Of a stretch of DNA of 64,000 bases, positions 24,032 through 38,754 are shown one piece after another. The stretch is from Tubulanus polymorphus (taxonomy: Eukaryota; Animalia; Nemertea): NCBI RefSeq assembly GCF_964204645.1, contig NC_134029.1, positions 7,776,850 to 7,840,849 of the forward strand, written 5' to 3'. The position numbers were made by a program, and so were the translations under genes. Under the pieces are notes generated by a model. The model saw only the letters and a list, made by a program, of their open reading frames with translations. It was not told the origin of the DNA and did not search any database. Position 1 is the stretch's first letter. Each line of letters begins with the position of its first letter.

Positions 24032-27000
24032 TAGGCCTATTAAGTTAACCTTAAACCTAAAACTAGACTGCCACTATTCAGTCATCGGATGAACGCAGTT
24101 TTTTCGAACTAAATATTTTCAAACATGAAAATTCCATCTTTTAAGCTTTCTTTCATTTACTTATCCTTCGATGGGAAATCTATTTCTCGTTAGATTGGCT
24201 CGAATAGACGGGGGCTTGCTTTTACTACGGGGCATAATGGAACGCCTGTTGCGCCCGAGAAATAACCTCGTATACAGTATCATTACGGTATGTACGTGTA
24301 TCATATACAATCATGCTTGAGACTAGAGCTACCCCCTCCCATTATTGTTCTCTTCTAGCGCGACCAATTTATACCGATCTGATAATTACTTTCCGCGGTT
24401 CGTCTGCCGATCATCAATCACATGTTTGAAAAACGCGCTTCGCTGCACCGCTAGATTATAGGAACGCCGCAGCGCCGAAGATTTTTGCCGCCGTGTCTTT
24501 CGAACAGTCTCTCGATTGCTGCATACCCAACTTTGAATTATAATCTATCCCTTGCGTAAATTTCGCGACATCGCTGACGCATGAAATCACGATTTCATTT
24601 CATCTAAAAATTGTTCAGCGAACATACGAACTCACGTAGATGAAATTTAGGCTTATACTAACGCGAATACGTCCCAGTCGCCCACAAAGGCTCTGATAGC
24701 AGATGCTGAAGTGATGATTACTGTCGAGATAATATCGAGTCCATGGCATCTTATCGGGTATCCTCCCAAAAAGAGTAAACCGCTTTTTGACAAGTATTTT
24801 TGCGTCGGGAACGTAGTTATTCAATGCACAGATGAGTCTCAGTGCGCGGTTACAGTTTTGAATTCATCGTTTAGATTTTAATTCTTCCCGCGAGACACAA
24901 CCTGACGCGTGTACATAAACACGCTTATAACGGTTATCGTTATTCTAGCCGATCGGAAAGGAAGAAAAATATCGAATCTTGCCGTGGTCTAATCCATCAA
25001 TATTCAGTTCAGATGCTTGCTGCTACTCGGAATTACATTTCACCGAATAAACAAATAGGCTAATGGGAGTGGTCCCCGGAGTTCCATCACAAACAATCGA
25101 AACTATGCGCAATTTTCTAACTAGTATATGCTTGTCAATAATCTAATGAAACCAGTCATAAAATACGGTCACATCGTTTTTTTTTCTTGTGTCCATCAAT
25201 TCGGTCGGAGAGATCTTAACCGAAGTAATTCTTGCGTTTAACAATATTTTCTTATTTACGTAACGATTTTCAATATGTTCGTTTTGAGATGTGGATGGCC
25301 GCGGGGGTGTGTGTGTGTGTGAGTTGCGTTTACGTCGTTCTATCTCACGAAGATGACGACGACGTTGTTACGCGTGTGCTAGAGCTTAAGACGCCGAAAT
25401 GCCGCCGGCCTTTACTTTGCTTAACATCGTTTTCGACAGCGAAATTGATTGAAATTATTAGCCATGTGACGCCCATTAGAGATTGGGGATTCGGGGCGAC
25501 AATCATGAACCGATGTATTGGCGATGAAAAGTCACCGACAAAACTGTACATCATACTTTCACGGAATACTCGAACCGCAGTCTAAACGCACTGAAATGAT
25601 GTTGCATCGGAGCATAATTCGAACATAATGAAGACGCCTTTCCGGAAATTCGCGGCTATGATTGACAATAGGTGGCAGCACATCATTTCCTCGGGTTTGG
25701 TTATCGGCCACGGAGCACGTCACGAGATCGATGGTAATCAATAAGAAGTGATTGATGAGGGTTTGACTGGTTTCGTATCAGTGTTAGCTCAACGCACACG
25801 TACAGTATCTAGCCTCAATAAAATGGCGACAGAATGGCTGTTGGCATTAGTCTGTGCAGAAATCATTCGTTCTATTCATCACTGCCAGCATGAGTCGAAA
25901 TAAAACCAATTCGACGATAAATAGCTAACAGGAAATATAAAAGCTGTGCATAATATCAGAGATTCGTTGGAATACCCCCCCCCCCCCCCATTCAACTGAA
26001 TTATTAGGCATTTTTGAATGATTTTTTATCTAAAAATGATCAAAATACTTAAGAAAACAGCTAGAGACCCGTGTCGAGATTGCATCATTGACGTTTTCTT
26101 TATCTGTATCCTACGACAGTAGCAACCGACGAAATGTATGCAAATTATCGAAAAGGCTGGTATATAACCAGCCCTGCAAAACGTTTTAGCTTGATTGCCA
26201 TTCCGCAGGAGAATCGACATGGTAGAATCGTTCACATATAGGGAATCGATAGAAATTGATTCTGACGGTTTTTGCTGGGTGAAAGCTGCGTAACACCACG
26301 AGGATGGCAAACACACTTAGGAGATAGTTAGGACGTAATTCGAAAACTCTTCATGATCCAAGTACTGTTTTGGTTTACATTCGAGTTGAACTTAAACTCA
26401 CTGAAAGCTAAAAAATCGATACCTTTGTTGTTCTTTTCTGCTGAGTTTAGAAGTTCGTCCGGACGACCGCCTATCTACGTTACACATTACTTTTTTTCAA
26501 AATCACGATCAAACTTACCATAATAGACCCGGCTGCTTTAATGAACTGATTAAAAACGTAATTGCGATTAACGAAATGACCCGGCCGATCAGGAGAAACA
26601 AGGTATCATTACTTAGGTATTACTTAGATATCGATCTACCAAACTGGCATTCATGGCAACCCCCATCCATGTTAAAACTGGTCTATAGAACCGGCCTCTG
26701 GTGTATTGTAACCATTTTTGGGGAAACGTTCTCTGTAGAACTGAAGAAAGTACGTCATGTGCTGGCTGAGAATGGGGATCATTTTGTCGGTTTGCTAACG
26801 ATTAAACCTTCACTATATGCACTTTCGGCACATCGCGGTTAATGTTCGGTCTGCCTGATTTCACGTGGTTCACTTATTGGCCCCGAGTGAAGATTAGACA
26901 CAAATGCCGCTTCGTTGAACGCGCCGATATGTCGGCAAATATTGACACACCTGTTCCGCTTACGTCTTTTTCCAAAAAGTCCCCACCGCGAGCGGTGCAT

Positions 27001-28663
27001 TATCAAATTGAACAGCTAGCAGAAAGAAAAATGATGACAGAAAAAGAATTAACCGCATACCAGCAGTGAGAAAGTCATTGCCAATTGACCAAGAATGCAT
27101 TATCCAATATTTATCACTGGTGGTTTAGTTGACGCGGAGCAATGTGCGAAAATAACTTTTTCTATTGCCGCGTTCTATTTCCTGGCATTAGCGGTCAGAG
27201 TGACGCTTGTCCGCGAGACACATTCGTATATAGCGCTGAACAGTCGTCGTATGGCAGTATCTTTGTCAGTAATTTTACCATCAATTCTACCTGGTGAGCT
27301 AATAAGCTGCCTGCATGAAACTGATGAAAAATAATTACGCTTTTACCTTCGCTTACGGCATTAAGAAACATGGCGAGGCAGGAGCACGATTACCCAAACG
27401 CTGCCGGCTAAAACGTGCACTATACTTCCTCTCGCCACGCGGATTCCAGAAAATAAGATACCACCGATGCGATGGCGACTATGTACTGAGATTGGTGCAG
27501 TATTTTCTTCTATCATGATTTCACGGCGTATTGGATAAGATGTAGAATCGTTACGGTGCATTTGATGCGACATTAAAACTCAAGCCGTTTCCACGTTAGG
27601 CCCTTCTTTCACGGAAATACATGTACGTGAATCGTCATATGTCCGAAGGGAATTCAATTATCAGTGCTCATTTCATCTTATGTGCGCGTGGAAGCAATGT
27701 TACTTATCTGTCGTAAATAATGTACAAATTGTTGTTCACGAAATTCGTCGAAGGAAACTCGTCCAAATTTCTTTTTGACATGTCGCTAACCTATGACTGG
27801 GTCCATTACCCTTTTCATTTTCGAAGAAGTGGACATTTTTAAGTCGAAAAAATCCAAGGGCAAGCGCCGCTCGCGCAGCTGTCAGAAATTACAGCACCAT
27901 ATTTTTTGCAGACTCAACTATTTTCAAGAATCCATATATACCGTTATCTTAAAAGCAAGAATTTCGCCACCGATAGAGAGTCATAGAGTCATCAGTCTGT
28001 TTTAACGATTGTCAATAATTACGCGGAGTCGGCGAAATTTCTGATTTTTCTCTATCGAATCGACGTCAGTACGGTCTGTATTTGTTTTATGACAAGACGA
28101 AATCAATTAACGCGGGATTTTTTTTCTCAAAAAGAACCTCGCGTGATGTCTTCTTGTCTACCAACAATACTGGATACCGCGTGATGCACTGTAAATTGAG
28201 GCCGATGAATTATCCACGAACGGTTCTTTTTTTCTATCGAGAAAGTCATGTTGTTTTCGACGAGCTGCCGCCAGTGGCATGTGAAGGAATTAGCAAAAAT
28301 AACATGTGAGTGCCTAGTTAAATCTTTGTCTGGAATTTTACGGACGATTCGATTAGAGTCAGGGTTCAGTTGTGCAGTCGACGCTTAAGTCGAGATAAGT
28401 CGTAAATTTCAAGACTCATATTTTACGTTGTTTTAATGGCGATAGAACTAAGATGGTCTTGGATTGGTTTCAAAGCTTAAGTCATGACTGTGTAACTGGC
28501 CACAGCACAATAAGAAGAGGGCATGTAGTTTCAAGTCGATACTATTTTCCCATATTACCTTTCTTCTATTCTTTCTACAAAATGTAAGAGCTTTGATCTA
28601 TTCGGAATGAAATAATGAATAACGATTGTTTTTTTTCCAAGACGACAGCGCTATTGCACTTAC

Positions 28664-28831
28664 CCGCGTGAATGAGTTGGCTGAAATTTGTCTCGGCGTC
28701 GAACATAAGAAATATATAATCTAGAGGTATTGAGCTAATGAGATCAAGAAAGAACCAAGTTTTGATGTAATGCCGGGCGATTTCCTTCGGATCAAGGATG
28801 ATCTCGTCTCCATAGTTGTTCACGATCACAC
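28664..28831 (-). CDS. HCN: HCN exon: S2-S3
   Basis: tttgcag| ... G|gtaagt. Reads [56 protein letters not shown]. Confidence 0.93.
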
Positions 28832-31328
28832 CTGCAAATACAATACACAACACATTGTTTAACAAACCGAACGATCAAACGAAGACAGTTATAGAAACAA
28901 AATCGATTGTAGTACCAACAAATTATGCTGGACGTTGTCCAGCCATAAGTTACTCAGTTGGCTTACAAAAATCTATCAAAGTGTTTCTCATTCACCAACA
29001 GAATTCGTATTAAGACTGGGGGTAATGCAAAATTCCTGATATACAAATTAGTTATTTCTTGGGGTTTTCATTGAACATTGAAAAATGCTAGCTACCATCA
29101 GGACATTCTAGCCATATTCCCAGTCGTATTGCCAAATTTGACTTTAAGTGGCTTACGTGTCAAACATTTCATCGCCACCGTCAATTATAGTACGATTATC
29201 GTGAAAGCGCAAGTCATTGTTTTGAATACTTATTAACTTCTCGTGAGACAAAGGTGAACAGTTTTAACGTGTGCAAAGAACACGGAACAATTTCTTCTTT
29301 ACGAGTCAATGATTTGACAAACCGTTGTCAACAGTCGAAGTATCTCAGCCGCGACATGCGACGGTTACTCGGGCAGGAAGCAATATGCTTTCAATATTTT
29401 TCTCTCGTTTGGCAATGATTTCTAGCGGAAGGACAACTCGGCTACTTGTCGTGATGCATTTCCTGCATGAGATTGGCAATCTTCGAGGTTCTACACTTTG
29501 TGTTCCTGCTTACTGAGTGACAATGTATGCTTTTGCTGAGGTTTGAATTGTGGACGGGCCATCTGACCGATATTGACAGTCATTCACAATTTAGTTCATA
29601 GCACCGCAATGGCTGGTTGTTAAAGAATACATATTGTTTGTTAAACTATATAATCAACTGCAAGAGAAAAACACCAATCAAAAAAAGGTATAGTTTTTTT
29701 CTTACTCGCTATGTACATGTATATAGACTTCATTGATTTTAACGATTCAGCCAACTCAAATATAGGAATTACTAAATCGCAAGTTCTTCGATATTTCTAT
29801 CACGAGGAGACTAAGATTCGTTGTTTTTCACGTGTCACCTCGGCGCCTAAGTATCGAGTATAGTTAAACTAGTTGATTTTTTGACGCCGTAAAAACCATA
29901 AGAATAATGGCCTAAAAGTATTACCTAAGTACGCGTTATTTAAGTACGCGTGAATTTTATAATTACAGTATATATATTCAATTACTCTATTTTTTTAGTT
30001 GATAGATTTTGGTTATCAATTAACTTTTTTGGCATCAAGTAACTTTTAAGTTAGATTTCTTTTTCTATTTAGATTGCACGGTTGCTGAACGATTTTTAGA
30101 GACTTTCTGATTAATTACGATCGACGCCGTTCACGCGACTCCGCATCATAAATCAACATCTGAGTACAAAAACAGTTAGTAAAATTACCCCCTGATAAGA
30201 TTCTGCGGTTGGTTGACATTCATCAAGTCAGTCTTTTTACTCTCTCTCTTTCCCTACTATTAAACGTGCGATTTAATGTGAAATTAAATTACTTTTCAAT
30301 TTGGCATTCAATCATTCGTAAAATCGATGGGGTAATTTTCCTACATCTCGAAATAAGATTTAATGTGACTCATAGCACAGACTTGTTGCTTTATTAACTG
30401 TGGAATTCGGCTCATATGTAGGCCATACCAACATTCATATCAGATTTCATCGGCTTTTATTCAAATGTGACTCTCGATTTTGTTCGAGTGTATTCTATCT
30501 CGGCCATCGATCTATATCGCGCGTGTAGCGAAACGGATTTGGCTGAAGATACGCACGCGTCGGTTGTTTGCGCGTAAACCGCGGTTGAAACATTCGAATC
30601 CGTGGTTTCAAGCGATTGAAATATGTCGTAAACAATGATGGATCGGTTTGCGACAACTTGTCAAGGTGAAAACGGCTGAATACGGGGACTGAATAACGAT
30701 CGATCAAGACGGGAGGACGGGGATGGGAACTCATTTTGAAAGTACCGGAAATTTGACATCCCAGGAAACGTGCCCCTCATCTAGGAATACCTCGAACAAA
30801 GCAACCAAGGAAAGCTCGAAAGGCACCAGTTCACTGGTAGGCTCCATAAAAAATGTAGATATCAAAGGAATACTGTGTCGAAATAGTTTTGCCGAAATGT
30901 ATGGGCGACCATTCCCGCCAAAGTCCTGCGTTTCGTCTATTTTTCTATACTTCGATAAAAATGTCATAGTCTAAAACCGTATAATGTCGGCTGTTTGACC
31001 CAAGGGGGCGTTACTGTACGGATGATATCTTGTCGTATTTTTCTGCTTCGCAATATTAAGTCGTTACATTGAAAACGAAATACAGTATAGTCTTACATTG
31101 TTTCCTTATTTTTCTTGCAAAATTAATGTCCTTCCAGCATGAATTTCAAATGAACCATATTGTTGAGGTTATAGGAATACCGCAATTTTCTTACGAACTC
31201 TTTCTTAGAACTTGTCATAAAAACAGATAGACGAAACGCTGATTTTTGGTGGGAACGGCCGCCCATAGGAATGGTCCAATTCTCATTTCTCATAGTATTA
31301 GTGGAAGTCGATAGGCCACGCGCTGTCG

Positions 31329-31470
31329 TAGACCTCATTCACGTGACGTCACAGTAACTGTGGCTGTCAAGCAGCTATCTGAATTAAAAAGTTACTGTTG
31401 AATGCAATTTGATGGCCAAAATGACGCATGCGAATAATACGCATGACGTAGGTCTAATGAACAAGGTCTA
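31329..31470. mobile_element. Small MITE
   Basis: Imperfect TIRs TAGACCTCATTCA / TGAACAAGGTCTA. Confidence 0.45.
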
Positions 31471-33344
31471 TTCGGTGGTTTCATCCGAGACGCCGCGTGT
31501 ATGGAAAAAATCGACGATGAAAATCCACTTCTGACAAGTTTGACAACATCAGAAGACGCCTTTATCTTATCACTGGTAGAATATAATCCTATCAGCGCTG
31601 AATTACTGGAATCGCCGCTTCCCGACGCGTGATTTTCATAATCTGTATAATAACATTATGACTGGAATTCTGCACGAATTAGGCTCGTTTAGATTCTATC
31701 GCCTGCAGAAAAACGCTTCGACGTCGTTCAGCGAATTATGAAAGCAATGCGCGAATTTATAATGATGAAATTCGACGAGTTGACGAAGCTAGGGATTTAA
31801 TTACGACTGGACATTTTGCCGAGCTGTAAGATATTTACAATAATCTTATGATTTTCATACGGGGAAAAACGTCGTCACGATATTCATACGGCAGAAATTG
31901 AGAAACGTAGGGGGAACATGGAATAAATGCAGCTACGATTCTGATGTAGCGCATAATCGGCGAAATTGTTGATTTCGATATGGCGGAAACCTATTGAAAC
32001 ACGAAGATTTTGATATCGCAGTCCGTATACAGTCGTGTTCCAGACGAACTACGTATACGTTCGATTCGACTGAAGCAAGCAGGTTTTTGAAGTGAGAGTT
32101 TTTAATAAAAACCGATCTCTCTAAGATCATGTCGGCGACAATGCGGCGGCGTGCTGGTATTGTTATACTTTGATGGAGCAAGTAATCAGAGGATGAATTT
32201 ACACTTCGTTGACGAACACGGTTCCCGCGCATCGTCTGCGCTCATATGGATGAGACGAGCCAGGCGATCAAATCGATTGTGAATTAGCTGCCAGGTGTAA
32301 ATTATGAAATGAATAAAGTGCGTTTAGTCGCGTGTCGGATACGAAGCCGATCTCGACATCGAAAACGAATTTCCATCAACTCGGTAAATACGATGCAAAA
32401 ATAGAAAATCCGAGTAGAATTTCCGGAAATGAAATCAACGAGTGATTGCACAACGCCAGTACGTGTCGTTTGGAAAGCAGCCAATTTTAAGGTGTGCAAA
32501 TGTGGAGCCGTGTCTTCGTTTTAGTCTTAATCATTTCTAACTTAACCATTGATCATTGCGATAAAAAGAAGAGTTTTAATGAGGCCAGTTTTAGGAAAAT
32601 TTCTTTTCGCTTAATCTGAGTTGATGACTTTTAAAACGGTTTTGGATAGCCCGGGGGCTGACTTTACGATGTTGTATCAACTTTAAACCGGGCCTAACTG
32701 TGTTCACTTTCAATTGAGTTAGCACCCGAGTAAAAGATAATACCAGTCTATAAACCAGTCTTTGTTCATTATCGTGAGTCTGGTCAATCTCTTCCCGCTT
32801 TCCTGAATGTCCCCAAGAAATTCTACACGAAACGACAATCTAGACCGAATCAAAGGATATTTCGAATTTCTCCCGCGCCATTATCTTTCATTCCCGAAAA
32901 CCAGATAACTTGTCCCGTAGGCTTATCCGCGTAACGCTGCCATCGATAGATTTTGTGAGATAATCAAATTCTGCATTGAATCTTGTTACAGGAAATGGAA
33001 ATACGTCAGTTTCGAATAATAATTGATCGAGACCTTGACCTCGTTTCGGTAAATCGCGCAATCGGCGTTTTTCACCTTTTAACCCGGCGCGATCATCTTA
33101 AGCAGCAGCAGCGCCGATGAAATTAAACGAAGAGCATACAAATATTAAGGGGAGCCAATGTTTTCATGTCGTCGTCAATGGATATGCGTGAATTCAATGA
33201 ATAAATAATCAAATTGCGATCCATCCTTTTACATCACTCCAATGTCACGACACTAGAGACACAGACATACTGTAGCTGATGATAATAACGATAATGGATG
33301 AACATGATTTATCTTTTTCTGATAAGTTTAAAGCACGCTATATT

Positions 33345-33594
33345 CAGAATTAAAAAGAACTTTAAAAAAGAATTTTATTCATTAAGAACTAAAATAGAAA
33401 ATAAACGACGTTTCAAATTCTCAACTCAAATGATAGACATCATCGTCAGGTAGTGTGACACACACCTGACGATGACGTCAGGTCGTGTGACACACGCCTG
33501 ACGATGACGATCTCTTCGAAATCGTTCGAAACGTCGTGTATTTGGATTTTAATTCTTGATGAATGAAATTCGTTTCTAATCCTTTAAATTCTGT
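33345..33594. mobile_element. Palindromic Penelope-like pLTR remnant
   Basis: Imperfect inverted arms at 33345-33414 and 33528-33594 flank two tandem ~32-bp hairpins GTCAGGT.GTGTGACACAC.CCTGACGATGAC. Confidence 0.6.
33494..33539 (+). ncRNA. Candidate minimal type I hammerhead ribozyme
   Basis: ACGC-CTGACGA-T-GACGAT(ctcttcgaa)ATCGTTC-GAAACGTC-GTGT. Shows the core CUGANGA/GAAA, a stem II with one bulge, a palindromic ACGT stem III, a GUC triplet and a 4-bp stem I. Confidence 0.5.
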
Positions 33595-36500
33595 TTATAG
33601 AGGGTCTCAAACTTAATCATCTGTTCTCCACGTTAGACTGTACGGATTATTCTATCATTATTTTCTTTTATAGCGTAGTCGGGGGATACTCGGCTGTGCT
33701 TACACTAATCACAATAAAGACATCACTTACACGATCTTCACGGTATCTAACATACGAAGAAAGACTGCAAAAACATACGCGATCAAAAACTACTCAGCAA
33801 GTTTTCCTGTAAAGGATGTCATTGCTTATATCGATGAGAAAACGCAATAAGATTGATAAAACTTTGGTGGCACCTTTACAAATAATTAACTGGATGTCCG
33901 TTATTAAGTGGAAACAAGATGACAGCCATTAAGAATTTAGGGTATGAACAAATAAAAGACGATCGAGGGCGAAAGTGCTCGTGCGACAATTTTTCGCACT
34001 GAACTCGCGGAAAACTGTTTCGGACCCTGAAGGTTAAGTGGGTCATTAGGTGGAGATTTTTCAGAGGTACTCGAGTATCACTCTACGGGTCGGAGTATTA
34101 CGAGAATCACCGTGTGTAGCAACGCGGTGATGGTGTCTGCAACGCGACGGACGCCGGACGAGACGATCCGGCGTCCAGCACCACTAGCAACTCGATTCTC
34201 ACCGAGACTGACAGGAGAAATAATATATCGTTGATTAAACTCGCCATAAAACTAGACTAGTGAGAGAGAGAGAGAAGGAGAACTACTAATGACACGACTC
34301 ATATCAACGTGTTACAGTATTGCGCTACATCTATCCGCTTCCTACGCGCAATCTAAACCGTCGTCGTGGCTTATTGCAGTGACCGCCAAACCTACCCCCA
34401 ATCAATCTTGTACGTGGAGCTGAATATCAAGCGCGTATTTGATCTTCAAAAATAGCAACAAATCTTCGGCATAAACCTGTGAACCAATAAACGATTTATA
34501 CAAGCACCGTATAGTGATGTTGTATAACTGGAGACAATCCAATCAAGTATCAATATATAACGGAAGAATTTGGCGTATGTTGTTCGTGATTGAACGATGA
34601 AAATACCGACACTCTCTGGGCAGAAAACAGCACAGCTATCCCACCAGATGGCGTGACCCGCACTTCATGATGTCCATCTGAATACCTCTCGTTGAGGTGA
34701 TAAGTGTGAAAACATTTTTGAACTCTTTTTGCGATCTTGATATTTAAAAGAACCCACAATCCACTTTGAAAATTTCATTAGAAAAAAGGCTTAGATGTAT
34801 AAAGATCCCTCTAATTAGTATGTTGTAAATAGCGTATACGTCATGTATTGTTAATAACTTTGCTGTGTTTTATTTTAAGACAGGTTTATATATTATATGG
34901 TGATTGTAAATATTGTATATTCTATAGTCTCCCTCCATGTACCAGTCAGTTAAGCCCGCGACTGTGTAGAAGATTTTACTATAGGCCTATTGAAATATTT
35001 ATGTGTAGGTTTAATTAAGTCTAATATATGTAGCAAATTGAGCTCTTATCTAATTAAGCCTGAGCTGGCTTTTACAGTGGTAAAAACTGCTATTTTCGCT
35101 TTAAGCAATGACAAATGAGAACGAAATAATCTCTGACTGTTACTATATGCAATATACGAGATGCGAGTCGGCATTTATCTAAATCTTAGTTAAAGACGCT
35201 GCTTAAGCCTATCGAGCCGTATTAGCCGACACTATTTTGTAATTCCCTCTAACTAGCTACGCCTGGTACGACGGATTAGGCGGCGTTAAGTTCACTGGGA
35301 ATACTCAGAGCCACAAATCAAACAATTTAACTCATCCAGTCCGGCAGTCGTATTGCATTACTCTAACTAAACGGCTCCGGGTTGTATCATCAATTTAATC
35401 ATCGAATTCCATCGTAGCAAATATTAGTAGCAAACAAAATTAGTGAATTTAGTTCGAGAAAGAATATCCAGAACGAAAATAGATATTCTTAGAAAGCAAA
35501 AAATGTCGAGCTCCAAGCTCCGCAAATGATATGAATCGATTTATTTGATGATATTTTAAGTGTGGTGTGATCGCTCATTATTGAATTATAGATCTAGTAT
35601 ATGTAAACCGATATTTTACATCGGTTTTATCTGTGTGTTGATTTAGCAACCCGAACGGAATTAACGGTTGCTAGTTAGGTATTCGAGGAGGTGTTTATAC
35701 GAGATTCTATACGTAAGCGTCAGTAAAATTGCGGCGCCCCGATCGTAAATATATAGTTTATTTCGATTGTAAATAAGTAGTTTGGTCAGGATGTTCGCAG
35801 AATCAATGTAACGGTCACTCCGATTGGCTCATTATGCGCGATATTTCAGCAAAATGACCAACAAGAGATGAGGATATTTCAAAATTGACTGATTACCGGA
35901 TGTCCCAATTTTTCCGATTTTAGTTATACACAGTTGTGACTTAAATCAAAAGAATGGTTTCGAATGAAAAGGCAGGCTGGTCTTTAGTTGTTTCATTGGC
36001 TATAGAATAAGATGGCCTTAGACTGGTTTTAACTCAAAAGCTTGACTGTGTCACTCTGGTTTTGCAAGGTTTCTTTTTATCTTACATCAGCGTATTGGTG
36101 TAAATCTTTATTCAAACCTTTCTAACGTTTAGCCTGTTAAAACATCACTGTTTTTACAGAATATGTCAATAATCTAACCTTTTGAAGTGTACGCGAACGT
36201 CGTTTCAACCAAACGACATCTGAGATTCGAGTCGGTATAGTTGCATTCTCAGTTCGTCTGAATATGGCTTTTTTCCTTTATGTACATATGGAAACTTTTA
36301 AGGTATCGTCTGCAAGTCAATAATGTTCGGCTCTACTTGAAAACCCCCGAGACATTCAAGTTGACTTTGAAGCGATTAACGAACCGCAGCGCTAAAATTC
36401 AAATTCAAACGCGTGTTGCACAGAGCAAAATGATTACCGACATTCTAGAGGACTATTACGGTACAGATTCCTTCAGTTGCAGCCGACAGCTTCCGCAGAC

Positions 36501-37503
36501 GGCTTTATCGCGCATACAGCACGAAACACTACTCGGCTTTGTGATTGCCTGGCGTTGACAATTGCCTATTCAATTTATCCCATTCAAGTCTATCATTATT
36601 ATTTCATGTTTTTCTTATCGAGTATCATTGCAGCGCGACTTGCGTGGCCATTCAAATGCTATTAACGGCGAATGAGACGGCTTCATAAAAATTTCAGCTG
36701 AATAGAGAGCAACGCGGCTTTTGTTTCTTTTTTCTTTCGCCGCAACAAAGATGCGTATACCACAAATTGATCTAACTATGTGGAATTAGGGTCTTAAGAA
36801 AATGAAAGGTTGCAGAATAAAAAGTATGCGTATAGGATATTACCGGTTGACTAATGACCACAGTCACACGGGCATACGACATGTCACAAAGTCATTATTG
36901 CTCATTCGATGATTTCTTGATCGGATTCCAGAAGAAACGATTTTTAGACATCTTGCAGCGAGGGTTACAGATTCGATATCCGCTAATTTGATTTTCGTAC
37001 AACGGAAATGCTCTAAACTCTTCGCTCGTCGCAGTAGGTATAATTAGGTTAAGTGTCCTGGTTGTTCCATCATTTTAGCAGAACGCAGACCGCGGACGTC
37101 TTCGCGTGTCCCATCAGGTTTATCTTTGGTGTCGCAGTAATGGAAAATGTCTTCAAACGAACCCCGGACAAACCGCTACGATTTATGACATAACGCAGTA
37201 AAAAGTGGCTATCCATATCACGCTGATCCACAAAGCCGTCTATTGTGACGTACGACAGGAGCTCGTTTCATGCAAACGATCGTCTGGAGAGCAAGAAAAC
37301 ATAGGTCGACCGATCTACAAACTGTCGTCGTTACGGCACGAAAACCAAATAACAAGAAAACCAACTTGAACGTTTTGACGGCTTGAAAAATAACAAATGA
37401 ATATGTATACTGCGTATTATTGTTGGCAATGAGTAATATCATATAGATTGCATACCGGTAATAGTAAGGATCAAAGAAGTTATTAGGATTTGAATACATC
37501 GAT

Positions 37504-37790
37504 AATTGAATTGAATTGGCCGGCAACCAGTCTAGCCCCGATATATTGATGACGTTGTGCACGCCCGCTCAGAAATAATCATCAAAATTTATTGATAATA
37601 AAATGAGAGTTATGAAATACATTTAGGTCCAATTACAAAATAAACGCCAAAATTCCCATAGTAATTGTTATGTTGAAACGCTAATATTGATGACGTAGTG
37701 CACATCGACTCACATAGAACCCCTTAAATAACGCATACTATGTATCAATGTATACAAACATTTTTGTGGCGTCAAAAAAGCAATATCTTC
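37504..37790 (+). repeat. Dispersed repeat family, copy 1 (others: 42095-42378 inverted; 48055-48120 and 48745-48840 direct)
   Basis: Shared blocks AATTGGCCGGCAACCAGTCTAGCCCC, ATATTGATGACGTAGTGCACATCGACTCAC and GTATCAAT...GGCGTCAAAAA. Confidence 0.8.
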
Positions 37791-38311
37791 AAACAGTAAA
37801 AACAGACGATAGCTATGAAAAGTTGCGTACCGCGAGACAAATGATATTCTGAAGTTTAAATCGAAGATTTAAATTCACAAGAGATTAACGAAGCGCACCG
37901 ATCAAAGTGAATGCAATTTAGTTTGTTAAGACTGATATCTGATTATACTGTGTCTAGTTGGCTTTCGTTAAAGTATCAATGTCACCACCAGTTGTAGTCG
38001 TAGGCGTAGTCCACAGATTCGAGAGGAAGCATCAGTGCAGTAGAAAAGTTACGGTATCAAATTTTTTGCTTGTTGTTCTGCTTTAAAAACCAAATTCAGA
38101 TGGGTCAATCTAAGACGTAGTCTCAGTTCTTGAACTTGTTAGTGTATTTTACACGCAGGTTCAAAGTGTGAAAGATTTAGTAAATTTCCAAGATTCCTCA
38201 GATTTCTAAGTACTTTAATGAGAAGCCCAAGTCACAAAATGTGGAACTGGTTCTCCAATTCCCGTAACATAAATCTAAAAACGAAACATAATCGAATACA
38301 TGTAAAGGCTA

Positions 38312-38754
38312 TAGCTTATGTCGGTCTGCGAGTCGAACTGAGAGGAAATGCGATCGAAGCCCGACAGCTTATGTCGTATAACGGGGTCTGAGATCGCACC
38401 AGTTGCTTCCCTGCTAATAGTCGACTACGATCACTGGCAACTAAAGCGACTGCAGATGGTCTGTGACCAATTAAAGTAGCATAGCGATATCGAACAAAAG
38501 AGGAGTGTCAATCAGCGTTTATTTTGTATTTGAAAATAAAGTTTTGATGACATTCTTTATAAAACAAACAAATCAATTGAAATATTTGAAGTGTCTATAA
38601 TTTCATAAATAAATCTTATTTTTATTTTCTATATTCTTATTTGAATTTTTACCGGTTTATGAATGGCGGAAATGACAACCTGATGGCGTACCGTAGGAGG
38701 CCGCTAGTTGCGGATAACCCCAGTTGCGCCGGCGTCGTAGCCTGACATAAGCTA
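38312..38754. mobile_element. MITE with TAG...CTA termini
   Basis: 20-bp imperfect TIRs TAGCTTATGTCGGTCTGCGA / TCGTAGCCTGACATAAGCTA. Confidence 0.6.

Noticed and set aside
30495-30974. Overlapping 78-83 aa ORFs as a nested gene
   Set aside because: No family motifs and no convincing splice signals.
34149-34176. Perfect 10-bp GC hairpin GGACGCCGGA/TCCGGCGTCC
   Set aside because: Isolated and too short to assign a function. A rho-independent terminator reading does not apply in a eukaryote.
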